A DNA stretch of 64,000 nt, from contig NC_092353.1 of assembly GCF_963676685.1 (NCBI RefSeq), positions 26,555,690-26,619,689 of the forward strand, in the 5' to 3' direction. The stretch is from Mytilus edulis (Eukaryota). Under the pieces are notes generated by a model. The model did not search any database. It had not been told where the DNA came from and worked only from the letters and a program-made list of their open reading frames with translations. Of this stretch, positions 1 to 13,686 are shown piece by piece (the first letter of the stretch is position 1; every line of letters begins with the position of its first letter). Position numbers and translations under genes: made by a program.

Positions 1-3000
1 CTGCCTATAGTATTTATTGCTGATTTGCTCATTCTGAACATTTATGAAATATTTGCCACTGGATAAAATGCAACCAACAATCAATCAATTAATCAACCCT
101 GTTGCTTCAACAAGTAGCTAGACACATCTATATATGTATGTAATGCTTCTTTTGCATAATTTCCAAATTGTAAGTAATTCATGAGGAAAATGCAATGTAA
201 ATTACAGAAATGTTTCTATGAACAAACTTGAGGCTATAATATATTTTCTTGATGTTTGTTTATACTTTTTTTGGCAAAGGACCTTTGACACTCTCCCCAG
301 GAAGGAGACCTAATTTAAAACAGATAATTCATCCTGTGAAAATAAATAAATACAGCTTTATGGATGAGCAATCATTTTCAATATAAGACACTATTTTTTT
401 ATAAATCAGATGAAAAAAATATGTGAACTGCCTAAGGGTTATACCAACTCAACCTGTACACTATTAACATACAGACAGTTCAGGCTAGCCTTTGATGACT
501 TTTTAAGTGATAAAATTTCAGGTTTCAATAATGTTGCTTGAATAATGTGTTACTTAGTTTCTTCAAGGTGCAGAAATTCACATATAGGTAGACGTTTTTT
601 TAATCAAACTGCATAATTTTACATTTTTAACAATGTTTAATAAGAAAATAAACATATTAAATTGCAAGATCTTAATGCTTAATTGTACATAAAAGTTTGC
701 TTGAATAATGGTGTCACAAAAATGAATAAAAGTGTCATGAAAAATATGTTCTGTGACAACTTTAAGATTAAAATAATGCAATTTAAACCTTAGATTTCTT
801 CTCCAGTGAGATGTATGTAGAATTTCAACATAGCTGACTACTTACAACTCAAGTACTAGATGTGAGTTGCAGACATAATTATAAAAGTATTATTATATTG
901 TCAATTTATAAATACAATGCACAACTAAGCATCACAATACTATATGTAGCACCATGCTGTTAGGCAAAATTCTTTATTGCTGTTACTCACTATGCAACAA
1001 CTGTTTTAGTTAAAAGGCCTTTTAGAGATTTGACCTTTGGAAAAGACATAAGTTTATTGTAGAGGACCAAATGGCTACCTCTAGATGTCATTGGTTTTTT
1101 TACGGTTGTTGTGATGCTGCCTCTTTCATACATTCAACATATCTCATTTTTTTAAGTGTTCACTTTTTACACATTGTAACTTGGATGGAGAGTTGTCTCA
1201 TTGGGAGTGCACACATATCACTTCTTCTTATTTCTATATTGTTAGATGTCTAGTCAGGCTTCTTTGTGTTATTGGATTGCCATGTCTTTTACCTTACAAG
1301 ATGTCATTGGGATTGTTTTAGACGTTGTTGGGCTGCTGTCTCATTGACCAACCTGATGTATCTTTTTTGTGAGTTGCTGGTTTCTGGTCTCATTGACCTA
1401 AGTAAAAGTTGTTCTGGTTTTGGTGTTGTAGTTGGGTTGTTCCATAAAAAATGCACGCATTGCTATAATAAGCAAGCACCCATTTGCATTTTAAAGTATT
1501 GGAAGTAAGTGTTTCTAAATCACAGATCTTGAAGAGCTATCTGAAACATTTGAACATCTGTAACTTAATTTGGACAATTATTGGCATATTCCCTCTGCTC
1601 ATACATTTTTCTACTCTAGATTCATAATTATTTGTGACTTATAAACTTTTATAGATTTCATAGGTATACAAATACCATAAAATTAATGTTCAACAAAGTA
1701 TAAATTTCTAAAAGTCAGCATGTAGACTTTAGTAAAACCATAAAATCAATAATTACAACAATAACCAATTTGGCCTCAATCCCAAAAAATTGGTTCCCCC
1801 AAAAAATAAATGAATTCACTATGTTCTGAACTGTCCTGACATCAAGTCTTTAATTTGTGACTGACGCACATTTGTATCAATGATTTTCTATTACTTGTCA
1901 AAGAGTCTTTAATGCCTTAATCTGAATAAACACAGTGTTTGTATATAATAGTTCTACAAGTTTTGTAAGTTCTATAAATATTGATTTACTTTGATAAATA
2001 TAAAGTTAATATGACTAGTTATATGAACAGATCAATACCAGTAACTACTGGTACTTAATAAGGTATGCTGATAAGTGTTTATGGAGGTAGACTATTTGAC
2101 AAACTATTACTCAATTAATATCGTAAAATTAATTTCCTTTGAAACATTTCCAGCAGACAAATCCTATGAATCCTAAATAAATTCAATTTATCAAATTTTG
2201 TGCTTGATTAATAGGCAAAATGGGAATCATTTGTTTCAGACGGACAGACTGCAAAAATTTACGGAAGCATAATAAAGGTTTCCTGTGATGGCTTGTGACC
2301 TCTGACATATCTTTTAAGCATAAATATTTGCTTTTGCTATTGTTTGCAAATTAAAAAAAAAAGAACTATGCAAATGTTTAAAAAGTTCAGTCCACCTTAT
2401 ACCGATGAAAGCATAAGGTATGTATTTTGCTCTAGTAACACACTTTCTTACATAATAAGTTGAAGTTACATATCCTGAGCTTTGTCAGTAACAAGTTTCC
2501 AAGCATACCGTTATTTTACGAAAGTTATTCATTGATATAATATTGTATAAAAGTAAACTGCGTCCATTTAATTATTTCTGTAAAAGCTTTTCATAGATGG
2601 AACAGCTTTTCATAGATGGAACAATTGACAATTAACCATTTTTTTTTTTAAATCCAAAGGTTGAAATCTGACAAAATATCCATATACTGATAAACAAACC
2701 AAATAACAACACACAAATCAATTTACTGGAAGGTCGATATTCTTTTAAATTTTTAATTTGAACAAATTGAAGTCCTCAAAAACCACTTAGTAGTAAGTAC
2801 TTTGGTGTTATCTAGATATCAAAAAGCTACTAGCTAGTTTAATAAATTCTGTAACCTTATTTAGACATCAAACAGCTTCCAACTTCATTATACCGCATTC
2901 TTAATTCAGTTAAAAGTTTTATTTGTGGATGGCATATATTAAGTCTTAGTGTCAATCAAGGCTTGGAAATAAGATTTTTTTCTACAAGCAACATTTTTAC

Positions 3001-3224
3001 ACAAATAAAGCAACCTTTAAGTAAAAACCATTAAAATGTAAGATTTTCCATTGGCCAAAAAATAGACCATAGATACATTGTAGTTGATAATTGAGTAAGG
3101 TTCCAAACGCAATAGGCACATAGAAACCCAATAAACTAATCCTTATGATTAGATAGTTTTACCCAAGGCAAACTTTTTTTTTTGCAGTTAACATTAGTAA
3201 TGTACAAAAAGATGTTACATAGTA

Positions 3225-3320
3225 GTATACAGAATGGAAATAGGGAATGTGTCTTAGAGAACTGACCAAAAAGAAGATAAAGCTCAAGGCCACCAACAGG
3301 TCTTCAGAACCGAGTCTAGT
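3225..3320 (+). mobile_element. SINE-like family B 5' fragment
   Basis: The sequence aatggaaatagggaatgtgtcttagag...ggccaccaacaggtcttcag matches the head of the 45058 copy. Confidence 0.5.
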
Positions 3321-6300
3321 AATACAGAATGTACTACATGTATTAAAAGTTCAAATTTTTTTGGAATGTATTGATTATTGCGAAAATTGAGACATGATAG
3401 GTTGAAAATTGAGACATTTTTGAAGCGATGTATCATTATTTGTTTGCAGCATATTCAGAAATTGCAATGATTAATCGAGCATTTATCAAGCATTAATCGA
3501 GCATCTGTGCCCATCGATCAACAATTGCAAAATTTAATGCATCCAAAACTTCTGAATTTAATTAGGACTTGTTATCATCTTAATGTATATTTTGATAAGA
3601 AGTTGTATCAAAGGAGTGTCCAAGAAAGCTAGCAGGCCAAAAAAAAAAAAGTCCATGTCAGTTTATTTCATCCTTGAAGAAAGAATGTATTACTCAGAAT
3701 TATCACAAAACAAAATGTTTAGAAAGACCTGAAAGGAAAGGAAGTAGTCAAAAGGTATTCACTTTACATTGTTACATCATTCATAAAATTCTACTATTAT
3801 ATTCTCCTCCTTTGTAACTTTGTTTCCAAACTGAGTAAAATCCAATAGATTAAAGACCAAAGTAAACTGTTAGTCTGATAATAATAAGGGGCATGTAGTC
3901 TTGATTATCGGTAACGTTTAACGACAGCGGTATAATTCTGGTTAATCCATGTGCAAGTAATGTGTTAGCGATAGTATTGTTTGGATGGATCTAACCGAGT
4001 AATTACAAACCGACCTGTTCACAACAGGTGAGAAGAGGACCTTGATTTACCGATACAAATGGGGCTCACTAAGGGAAATTGAAATGGTAAAACTACAATT
4101 TCTATCTTTATAAGCAAAATGTGTTCAACTGGTAACATTTTTTGTTTATAAAAAGGATTTTTGTAAGCACTAGATTCATATTTGTAATTAAAATGTAAAT
4201 CAAGAGATTTCCTAATCTAAAATCCCATGCAATTCCTTCAGATAAGGAACTTGATACCTGATAAAGTCACCTTTGATGTTAATATGCTAATTTAGAAATT
4301 GATTATCAAATAATGGTGAAATTTTAGACCTGATAACTAACTTTGAAACAAATTCTCAATGAAGTGGTTAATTTTAATAGAAATAAACAACATCCACACA
4401 ATCTATATGTTAAGTAAATGGCATGAGCTGAGTTGGCAACTTCAACAATGAAAACACAATACAATCTGTTGACTATAGCCTAAAACCTGGACTGAAACCT
4501 TTTGATGTATTATTCCCAGTTAAAATGCAAAGACTGTAAAGAATATTTCAACAACAATAAGTAAGCTATTAGGGGAGGTTGGTTCCTAATAATATACACT
4601 GACATTACAGAATAGTAAAAGTTAGCAGGATAACTCAACTTTAGGTTTGTAGGAAAGTGCTTTCCCAGGAGGTTGATTTCTAATAATGTTTCCCTTATAA
4701 TTCCATAAAATATTTCTCACTGTGGACCTTAAGAGTAATGCAAGCAATAGAAGTGGGAATTTACAACAGAAATAATAATAAAAAAAACAATTCATAAATT
4801 CATGTCATGCATGTGTAGCAAGATTGTGTTGCATTCACTTAGTTTTTTTCTGTGAATACTATCACAAAAGACTTTATTTTCATGGCAAAATACCATTTTT
4901 AGAGAGGAAATGTGTCCAATTCTCATAAGCTAAAATCTTACAACCCATAGAATAACAAGAACACCATCCACTACTATTTCTGATCAATTACTATAATTTC
5001 AGATTTAGTCAATAACTGTTTCTATTATTATTACAGTACTGATGTGTAATAATCAGGATTCAGGAGACAGAAATGTCAGCTTTAATTTGTTAAGTTCCTG
5101 AGTGTTTATCATTCAACATATGGTGTCCGCATTTTCTAATAAGATAATTTCCTATTCTTACTTAAATCTGTTAGACACAGTAGCAGATGTTATGACATTG
5201 AATATCCAATTTAAGTCATTTTTTGATAAATTTACAATAATATATATATGTGTCAGCCAATAAAATTGTCTGTAGTACAAGCCAGGTGTATAGAGTTACA
5301 AAAGATTTAGTCACTTTTTACAGTCATAAAAAAATGTTTTGATAATTAAAAGGAAATATTGCATAAATCCAATTTCAGTAATCTGCATTTATGATACTAT
5401 ACATATAAGGATGAAAAAATATTTAAATATATATCACATGCATAAAAATAAACTAATAAAAAAAGAAGCTTGAATATAGGTCTCACAAAATAAATATTAC
5501 AAAGTCCTGTAATAAATGTTTAACTCGAACAAACCACCCATTAGTCAAAAGAAGGGCATACTGATACATACAAACTGAAATAATTTACTATCCTAATAGG
5601 GTATATTTGTTGAAATTGTAATTTTTGTTCTAACTCTGTCAAGGAATGATATGGACCAAACTGGTGAGAAACATAACGTGGCAATTAAAAAATTGTAATT
5701 TCAACATGTATATATCTCAACATTTTGGTTCTCATCCAACCTAAGCGGGGTTAGTACACATATTTCAATTTACATGTATGGGGTTCTATCTGATTATCAT
5801 CAAGTCATTCAAGATTTTGGTTTAATGAATTTTGCTTGAAATTTAATATTATAGCAATTAAAAACTAAAATGGTAAAAAAAATATCTTTTTAAATAAAGC
5901 TTTCACACCCAATTCAGCTTGCAATACCTGTTTGTGTTCTTTCTTTTATTCATATTCCATTTTTATTAAAAAAAAAAAGTAGAACCTTACCTTTAAATTT
6001 AAGATATTTAGAAGTTATATCATTCCTTGCCATCTTTATTTGCTCATGTTACAATAATCCACAATATAAAATCCATATAATATGACACAGAAAATAGCAT
6101 TAATAAACATCCAACAGTATTAATAGTGCAACAATCACTTCTAGAAATGTTATTATAGGCTTCCTTCTGGTCAAAACACGGATCGATTATATGTGACTTT
6201 ATAATAAACTGGCAAAAATGAACAATGCTACAAATAGCTCTTGCGTACCATGGGTGTCACTGAGCAATTTGAACCCACTCAACATGTTTCAAAGGGTCTT

Positions 6301-9300
6301 GTCTTTAATATCACATGAGTTCTCTGTTTACATTTCCTTTGCATTAAATTAAACGTTTAAATTCATAAACTCTATTGACATTTGCTTAAGTAAATTTACG
6401 TAGCAGTGAACTTTCAATTGGTTCCCGTCACCGAATAACCGCTGACGTTCAAACAATTTAAAAATTTACAACATCCCATAAAATTTGCCAATGTTATCCA
6501 ATGTTACAATGTATCGTTTACTACATCCAAGATTTTGATGAAGTATGGTAGAGGCTATTGATTCACACACATGACATGTGTCCTAGTCTTGCTTTGTTGT
6601 TGAATACAAGCCATTCATACTCCCGCTATCTTTTGTTTGGGGACAATCTCAAAATGAAAAAAGAGACCAAAATATTGACAATCTGACTTTATGCTCCCTT
6701 CAACTTAATTAATAACCATTAGATTTTTATTGATTTTAGACTCTGTATAAGTGTTATCTCTAAATATTTAGAATTAAACATGAAAAGGCTGATAAAATAA
6801 TTTTCTAACAATAAGATACCCAGTGTAAATAATGAGATCAACTCTGGTGGGATTTTAATACCCAGTTATATAATATTTGTGGCTTTTGAACAAATATACT
6901 ATCAATCAAAAATTAACTTGTTCCCTAATGTGGATTTTTCACCTGGAAAAATGTTGACACAAAAGACTCTAATTTGAAAAATGCATGTTTAAAGTAATTG
7001 TGTTAAGAAAATGAAAGCCTGTTAAAAGTACTTTTGTACAATTGAGATTTTTATCAGAAATTTAGATGTAAAATTTTAACAAAAGATTTCAGTTATATTG
7101 GTGTCAATTTAAAGCAATTAAAACCTAATCTCTTTGATTCAATGCATCATTATGATATTGCAGTTTTCTACCAAAAAAAAAAATGGGAATATGTCAAAAA
7201 GAAAATTTAGGTGTGAAAAGAGGCACTTTTAATTTGGATATTTTTTTTCTCACAAAATCTACATACCAATTTTTTGCCTTACTTTACAGGCATCTTCAAT
7301 ATTTATTGACTGATGAATTGATGGAATGATAGATGGCTTCTTAAAATTCCTTTTCCGACCCATATCATAATAAACAAATCTTTGTTAAAATTATTAGAAT
7401 CTGTCTTTAATTCTCAAAAAAATATTTCTTTCAATGGAAACTAAAAAAGTATTCTTATAATTGACACATATTCAGAGTTCGTTCTACATTTATATATCAT
7501 AATTTCACATTCAGGACAACATTCTGTCATTTTCACATCTAAGATAACAAATCAGGGTATCTTTATAAAATCTCCTTTATCTAAAAATCTGAGACAAGTA
7601 TGGTATATGACAAATATGACATGACACTATCTCAGATTATAACTTAAGAGAAATGATATAACCTAGTTTGGAAAGGTCAAACAAACCAGTTTACATATTG
7701 GCCATCATACCTATAACCAGTTTTATATGGACACATACACAAACACTCAACTGTTTACGAGTTTAGATAGGAGACTTGTTTTACACCAGACAACAACATT
7801 CATATATACATGAATTTTAGCTAGCCAGTATTCTCATAAATGTATATGATTTAAGTGAACAGAACCAATAGTTTGTCTTGTTAGAGATGTTTAATTTGAT
7901 CAAGGGCGCCTATTGCTTTTACTTTGTTGATACACTTTACTTATTGTTGAAATGTGCATCTTGAGCAGCAAAATTGGTGCCGTTAATGTTTATATTAAAG
8001 TTACACAAAATATTCTTTAAGGTTTTCCCCCAAATTTTTTATTTATTACTAGTAATTCCAGGATTTCTATTTATCTTCAGATTTCCATCTCCTGAACAAC
8101 TTTTATAACAGTATATATCATTGCTGTTGTTGCATTGACTGAGAAATTTTCTTGATACATGTACATTGATAAACATTTATAATCATTAAAAGTAAGATCT
8201 GATACAAGATATATGATCAGGACAGGCATAATACAGAATATTTCTGATGGAGCAGACTTTGGATCATGATGCACTAGCTTAAAGAGTCAAACTTCAACCT
8301 TAATTACAACTTTAATATTCCTATTCCTTTTTTAGTATTTGAACTCCGGAACCTAGTTTAGTATGGCCTCCATTATAATAATCACTGAACTAGTACACAT
8401 TTTTGTATAGGGGCCTGTAGCATACTCCTGGGTGAGGGATTTTCTCACTGTGTTGAAGACCCGTTAGTGGCCTTTTTGCTCTTTGTTCGAGTTGTTGTCT
8501 CTTTGACACATTCCCCATTTCCATTCTCGATTTTATTATAGAAAGTAGGATATAGAGACCTTATGTTCATAAATTATCGTGACAAACAGACATGTGAAGG
8601 GAATAAACTATCTTCTCTAGAAAATGAATATTTTTGTGCATGAATATTTATGCTCTGGTTTATGTGTTTTGTGCTATCTCTGGCAACAAAATATTTCAAT
8701 GTGTTCCTGTGGACTTAAAAACTATTCTGACAATTTCATCACCATTAATATTTACAATGCTATTTTTTAGTTTTGTACATTTCCCAGAGCAACTGTAACA
8801 GTTTCCATGAAACAACACTAAAACAGACAACAAAATTGAAAACACAATGTAAATTCCAACTTAAGCATAATCTGATGCAAAATTAAAAGATTGTTGTTAA
8901 TTATTCTAAAGGAATTATAAAAAAACTGATCGTTTAAATAAAACCTTTTACGGATGTTATCTTTAATACCAGAAGAATCAATATTAAGAGTTCAAAGAGA
9001 GGCTAATTGGGTTCTGTTGACAAATCTTTACATGCTCCCAAGAGTAAATGGCGACAAATTCAATTATTAACTGTATGATTTCTGAAAAAATGTCCAAAAC
9101 AAACATGCCAAAAAAACACAATGAAGACAAATTTGTAGCAAATAGAAAAGGTCTCAATACGTTTTTCTTTGTAAATTTGTATAAGGTTCCACAAAAGTAT
9201 TTGGACACAACAAATTAAGACTAATATAGCCAACACAAGGACAAAAAAGAAAGCAATTTCTTTTATAACTCATTTCCTATGGCTGTATTTTCTCTAAGTT

Positions 9301-10617
9301 TCAAATTCTATGTAAGAAGGGTCCTAGAGTAGTTCTTTAATATTTTCTATCCACTTTAGTTTATATTCTCAAGTCCCACTGTTATTTTTTTTACATTTTG
9401 AGAATCACTCAATTAAAAAGTCAATCTAACTAATATAGCTTAAATAAATACAAATAAAATTAAAATTATTTTCAAATTAAAGTCTGCTTTTTCGACTGGA
9501 AATTTCGAAATAATAAATCCATAAAATTTCAAAATAAAATGTCAACAAAACATAATGATGTGTAATGAGGTCATATAAATCAAATCAATTTTGTCGTAAA
9601 CTTACAGATTTCACATGGTTTTTAACAAAAGAATGAAAATTAAGTCAAATTCTATAATAAAGTACATTTGATTGGGTTAAATTTTCATCGCTATAACATT
9701 TAAAATTTTTAAACCTAATCCATTCCAGTATACGAAAAACAAACAAATCGTGGCATGTATCACATCAAAAGGCTTATTCAGCTGCTTACAAATGAATAAC
9801 CTGCATACCTATATACATTTGATTGAAGAAGTGCAATAACATTATTAACCAAACAAAAATTAGATACAAGGATGTAAAAATATTTTATGTCAGTGGCTGA
9901 TCCAGTCACATTGAAAAAGGAGTTAAAGCGTTCACATACATAAAATAAGTCAAAAAGAAGGGGGAAGGGGGTTGGGTGCTGTTCCAGCCCCAAAACCTCC
10001 CCGGATCTGCAGACAGCAGACTTATGCAAAGGAGTAGGTTCAGTAAGACCCCTTTTTGGCCCCAAAATATAGCAGTTTTACAAAATTGTGAAAATGTAAT
10101 CTTTTAGCTGTTTATTGGAAAGAAGAATGCTTCTGCTACACAAATATGGGCTGTTTTTGACAATACAATGCACATATATCAACATCATTAAGTCATGCTC
10201 ACAATTTTAGATTTTTTTGTTAAATTTTAGACGGTTTCTGTCATAAAAAAAAAGTGGCCGCATTCGTGTTCATTCATAGTATTGAAATGTAAGTTGTATT
10301 TGATGATAATACATAACACATATAAAGGTGGAGGATGAACACAGATGCAGCCACTTTCATTTTTGACAAAAACCATCTGAAAAGTGACGATTTTTTGCAT
10401 ATTTGATAGATTTTTCATATATTAGCTTGAATCGGAGCGTTTGTAATGACTTTATCAGTTAAAATCATTGACATAAACTAATTGAATCAATTGAAATAGA
10501 CCCTAAAGTGTTTAAAAAGTGTCCAAAATATTTCGTTAGACGAACCAGAAATTTGAGGCCAAAATTGGCCCTTACCTGACCTTCTCCTTTGGGCCTTTTT
10601 TTACTACATGTATCGGG

Positions 10618-10696
10618 ATGTTAGATTAGGGTTAATTCTAGGTAGGTGTTTTAGGGTTCAGGCTAAGTAGGGTTAATGTCAGGTTAATGGTTAGAG
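10618..10696. repeat. Degenerate interstitial telomere-like tract with TTAGGG-related units (ttagattagggttaattctaggtaggtgttttagggttcaggctaagtagggttaatgtcaggttaatggttagag)
   Basis: There are multiple TTAGGG / TAGGGTT / GGTTA variants, all in one orientation. Confidence 0.5.
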
Positions 10697-12149
10697 AAAT
10701 AAGGAATAGCTCTATATGGGTTGGGTCCCCTTACTTAATAAAGGCCAAAAGTTGGTGACAGATTCCATGAGGTTGTGATTTGTAACATACAACTGTTAAC
10801 TACAGAAGAAGGTACAGATCTGCCAAAAATTATAAAGCAGTTTAACACCCTCCCCCGGATTCCTCCCCCCCCCTTTCCTTGAATTAGCCATGGGGAACAC
10901 AGATAAAATGTAAATGTGATAATTTTATATTCAAACATGTCACAGATAACCAAAGCTTGCCCCTTACATTATATAGATAAAAATGTGACTCCCGATTTCA
11001 GTTAACTGACAGTTCTAAATTTTTCTTTAAAAATTTATTGAAATTCATTTAAAAACAAGAAAACTTTAGGTATACATCTTGAATAACAATACCAGTACTC
11101 CAGTAGCCCAGTATTTTAACACCTATTCATGTGTTTTATGGTAAATTTAATCTGACAGTTTACACCTAATCCAGGTTTAATTAACCACATAATTCCACCA
11201 ATGCTACTGTTCCTCATACGATTAGAATACTACCTACAGTAAAACCTGTAGTTTAGAAAGATAATTGACCCATCGTTTATAATGATCCCTGGCATCTACT
11301 GGAAATGCCAAGAAACTTGTTCAATGACAAAGTGGGGAGAAATGGGCGTTTCAATTTTAGTTTTCATCCAATTTTCCTGTAAGTATCCAAGTGGTCTGAT
11401 TAAATCTGTTTACGATATAATAATTTGTAAATTGTGTCATGCATGACATTTATCTTCCTAAATCATAAAATACAAGACAGGGACTTTTCCTTACATGAAA
11501 TTACCCTATTGTGCTATTAATTGGACAAGGTACTGTCATTAAGTTGGAAATTTTGAATTTGCTTAACATAATTGGTAAACAAAGATTGGCATGAATCTAA
11601 TCTAAAATTTAGAATGCAGAGTTCTCTCCCTTTCTTCCTTTTATTTAGATTTTATATGCAAAACAAACAGCCTGATTCTTGTTTTAGTGAAAATAATCCT
11701 ACTTTCAGACATAATAAGGCGACAGGTGTTTAGACAGACACATTTATCATAATAATGTGAAAAATGACCTCAAGATTAAGTCCACAGTCAGTGCTTTGTA
11801 CTTTTATTTGGTCAGCAAACAACCAACCGTTTTGATCCTATACTGTACACATTAAATACAATAGGTGAACACTTTCAGTCTACATTGAACGATCACTTAA
11901 TTAAACCATTTGTCAAACAGCATGTTAAGATAGATGTTAAGCTAGGAAAATCAATATCTCAAAAAAAATCAACTTAGAAAATTTTCAGAGAGTCGTATCA
12001 TCGTATGTAAACTTTTTTTTGCATCTTTGATCATTAAACTATACAAATAATATAAATGGGACAAATTAACAATCAAACTGTTGGAAAAAAGTCTTTATTT
12101 CATGTAAATTCAAAGTCAGTTGCCATCTTACAATGTACCCAATATTTCT

Positions 12150-12410
12150 ATTAAATATGTATGTAAGGGGAGATTTTTTTTAACATATTTTATTGTTGTA
12201 CATGTATCTCAATATTGTTTTTCAGATCTGGCATAACTGTGTGAGATTAACATATGTAGGCTAAGTAAATATGTTTAGAATTTTCTATTAAATATGTATG
12301 TAAGGGGAGATTTTTTTTAACATATTTTATTGTTGTACATGTATCTCAATATTGTTTTTCAGATCTGGCATAAGGATAACATATGTAGGCTAAGTAAATA
12401 TGTTTAGAAT
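12150..12410. repeat. Local tandem duplication of a ~135-bp segment, two copies (ctattaaatatgtatgtaaggggagattttttttaacatattttattgttgtacatgtatctcaatattgtttttcagatctggcataa...)
   Basis: Direct comparison of 12150-12262 with 12282-12400. Confidence 0.85.
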
Positions 12411-12638
12411 TTTGATTTCATGTACTTCCAATGCACAATTCATGATGGTGGGTTTCTCTAACTGATTGGTGTTTTAAGACCTCAGTGGTGGAGATGAGGC
12501 AAGCAATAAGTACAAGACCCTTCAGAACTTGCAGAAGCATGAAACACATGGAATGATTGGTAATGATTAGGAAGTTCAAGGATTTGAAGTTTAGCTTTTT
12601 TAAGAGTCGACTCTCTTTGGGTTTTTCCTCAGTTTTAC

Positions 12639-12732
12639 CTTTATTTTCTAACATTCTTTGTTTGACCGTGTCCTCCTCTTCCTCTTCCACCTCCACCTCC
12701 ATTTCAACATCTTCACTGTATTTAGCAGCCAT
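12639..12732 (-). CDS. Candidate first coding exon of an unidentified gene (MAAKYSEDVEMEVEVEEEEEDTVKQRMLENK, then a G|GTAAAA donor). The continuous ORF would run to 12418.
   Basis: ATG with an upstream TATATAA on the minus strand (plus 12781-12787). The acidic N-terminus has protein-like composition, and a canonical donor follows codon 31. I recognise no homologue. Confidence 0.2.
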
Positions 12733-13411
12733 TTATCATGAAGTTATTCCACAGAATTAATCCACATTATTTAAATCCATTTAATTATATATCTAAAAAA
12801 GAAAAATTCATTCATAAAAATTTGTAAATCTAAAAAGCAGCCAAGGGGGGATAACTCAGATTTTTTTTAAGATTAAAAAATATCAAAATTAATAGATTGT
12901 AAAATATTTGACAAATTTGTTACTACCTTTGTATATTAGTTTGTATTTCCTGTACCAAAAATAATATCCCACCATGGAGAAATTTTCGAAATGAAGTAAT
13001 TCATAACATTTGTTTCCCTTTCGTGATGGCAGATAGCTTAATTTCATTCATCATTAAAATTTGAAGCTTTTGTTTTTTGTGAAGCCATATATCTTTTATT
13101 GAAGATCTGAAACTGACCTTTATATGCCTTTCTAGTTTTATTTTGTTTTATGGTTAAGGAACATTGATGTATACTCCACTATATGACTCTTGTTTGTATT
13201 TATACCAATCTGGTATATAGTCAACTCTAGTTCTGCTTATTTGATAATATGTCAAAGTTCATTCCAGCTATTTGTAAGCATTATCTTTATCATTACTCAT
13301 ACAAAGTGTAATATTTTCAATGACAATAATGATACACCCAACATTAAAACTGAGAGTTGTAATATTATACAAATCTTCATAAAAAAGTAAATAAATATGG
13401 AAGATACTATT

Positions 13412-13686
13412 ACAGCTGATTCCATTGAGTGTGTAGCGAAAGGTAATATCTTTGGTTAGCTTGCTTGTAAGCTGAACCGTGAAGTCATTATAAAGTCAGG
13501 TATACTACCCTCCTTTGGAAGTATCATAGTCCAACAGACAGATCGATGGGTTTTCTGTTGGACTAGTCTATTCTTAAAGTAGGGTAGTTTACCTGACCTA
13601 ACAATGACTTCATGGTTCAGCTAACAAGCAAGCTATCCGAAGATATTACCTTTGGCTACACACTCAATGGAATCTGCTGTAAACTC
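13412..13686. mobile_element. Foldback/MITE-like inverted repeat: two ~105-bp arms around a ~60-bp centre that is itself palindromic (gtccaacagacagatcgatgggttttctgttggac)
   Basis: 13412-13512 is the reverse complement of 13586-13686, with about 8 mismatches. Confidence 0.75.

Noticed and set aside
1071-1508. Two adjacent ORFs (60 aa and 80 aa) with Cys/Trp-rich translations
   Set aside because: They lie in an internally duplicated repeat (tgtcattgg...ttgttg..gctgc..tctcattgac occurs twice). Similar segments are at 8440-8500 and 29400-29470. This is a repeat family, not a gene.
12557-12760. 67-aa plus-strand ORF
   Set aside because: It is antisense to the more protein-like minus-strand ORF, and its serine/threonine low complexity arises from the complement of a GAG/GAA-rich acidic stretch.
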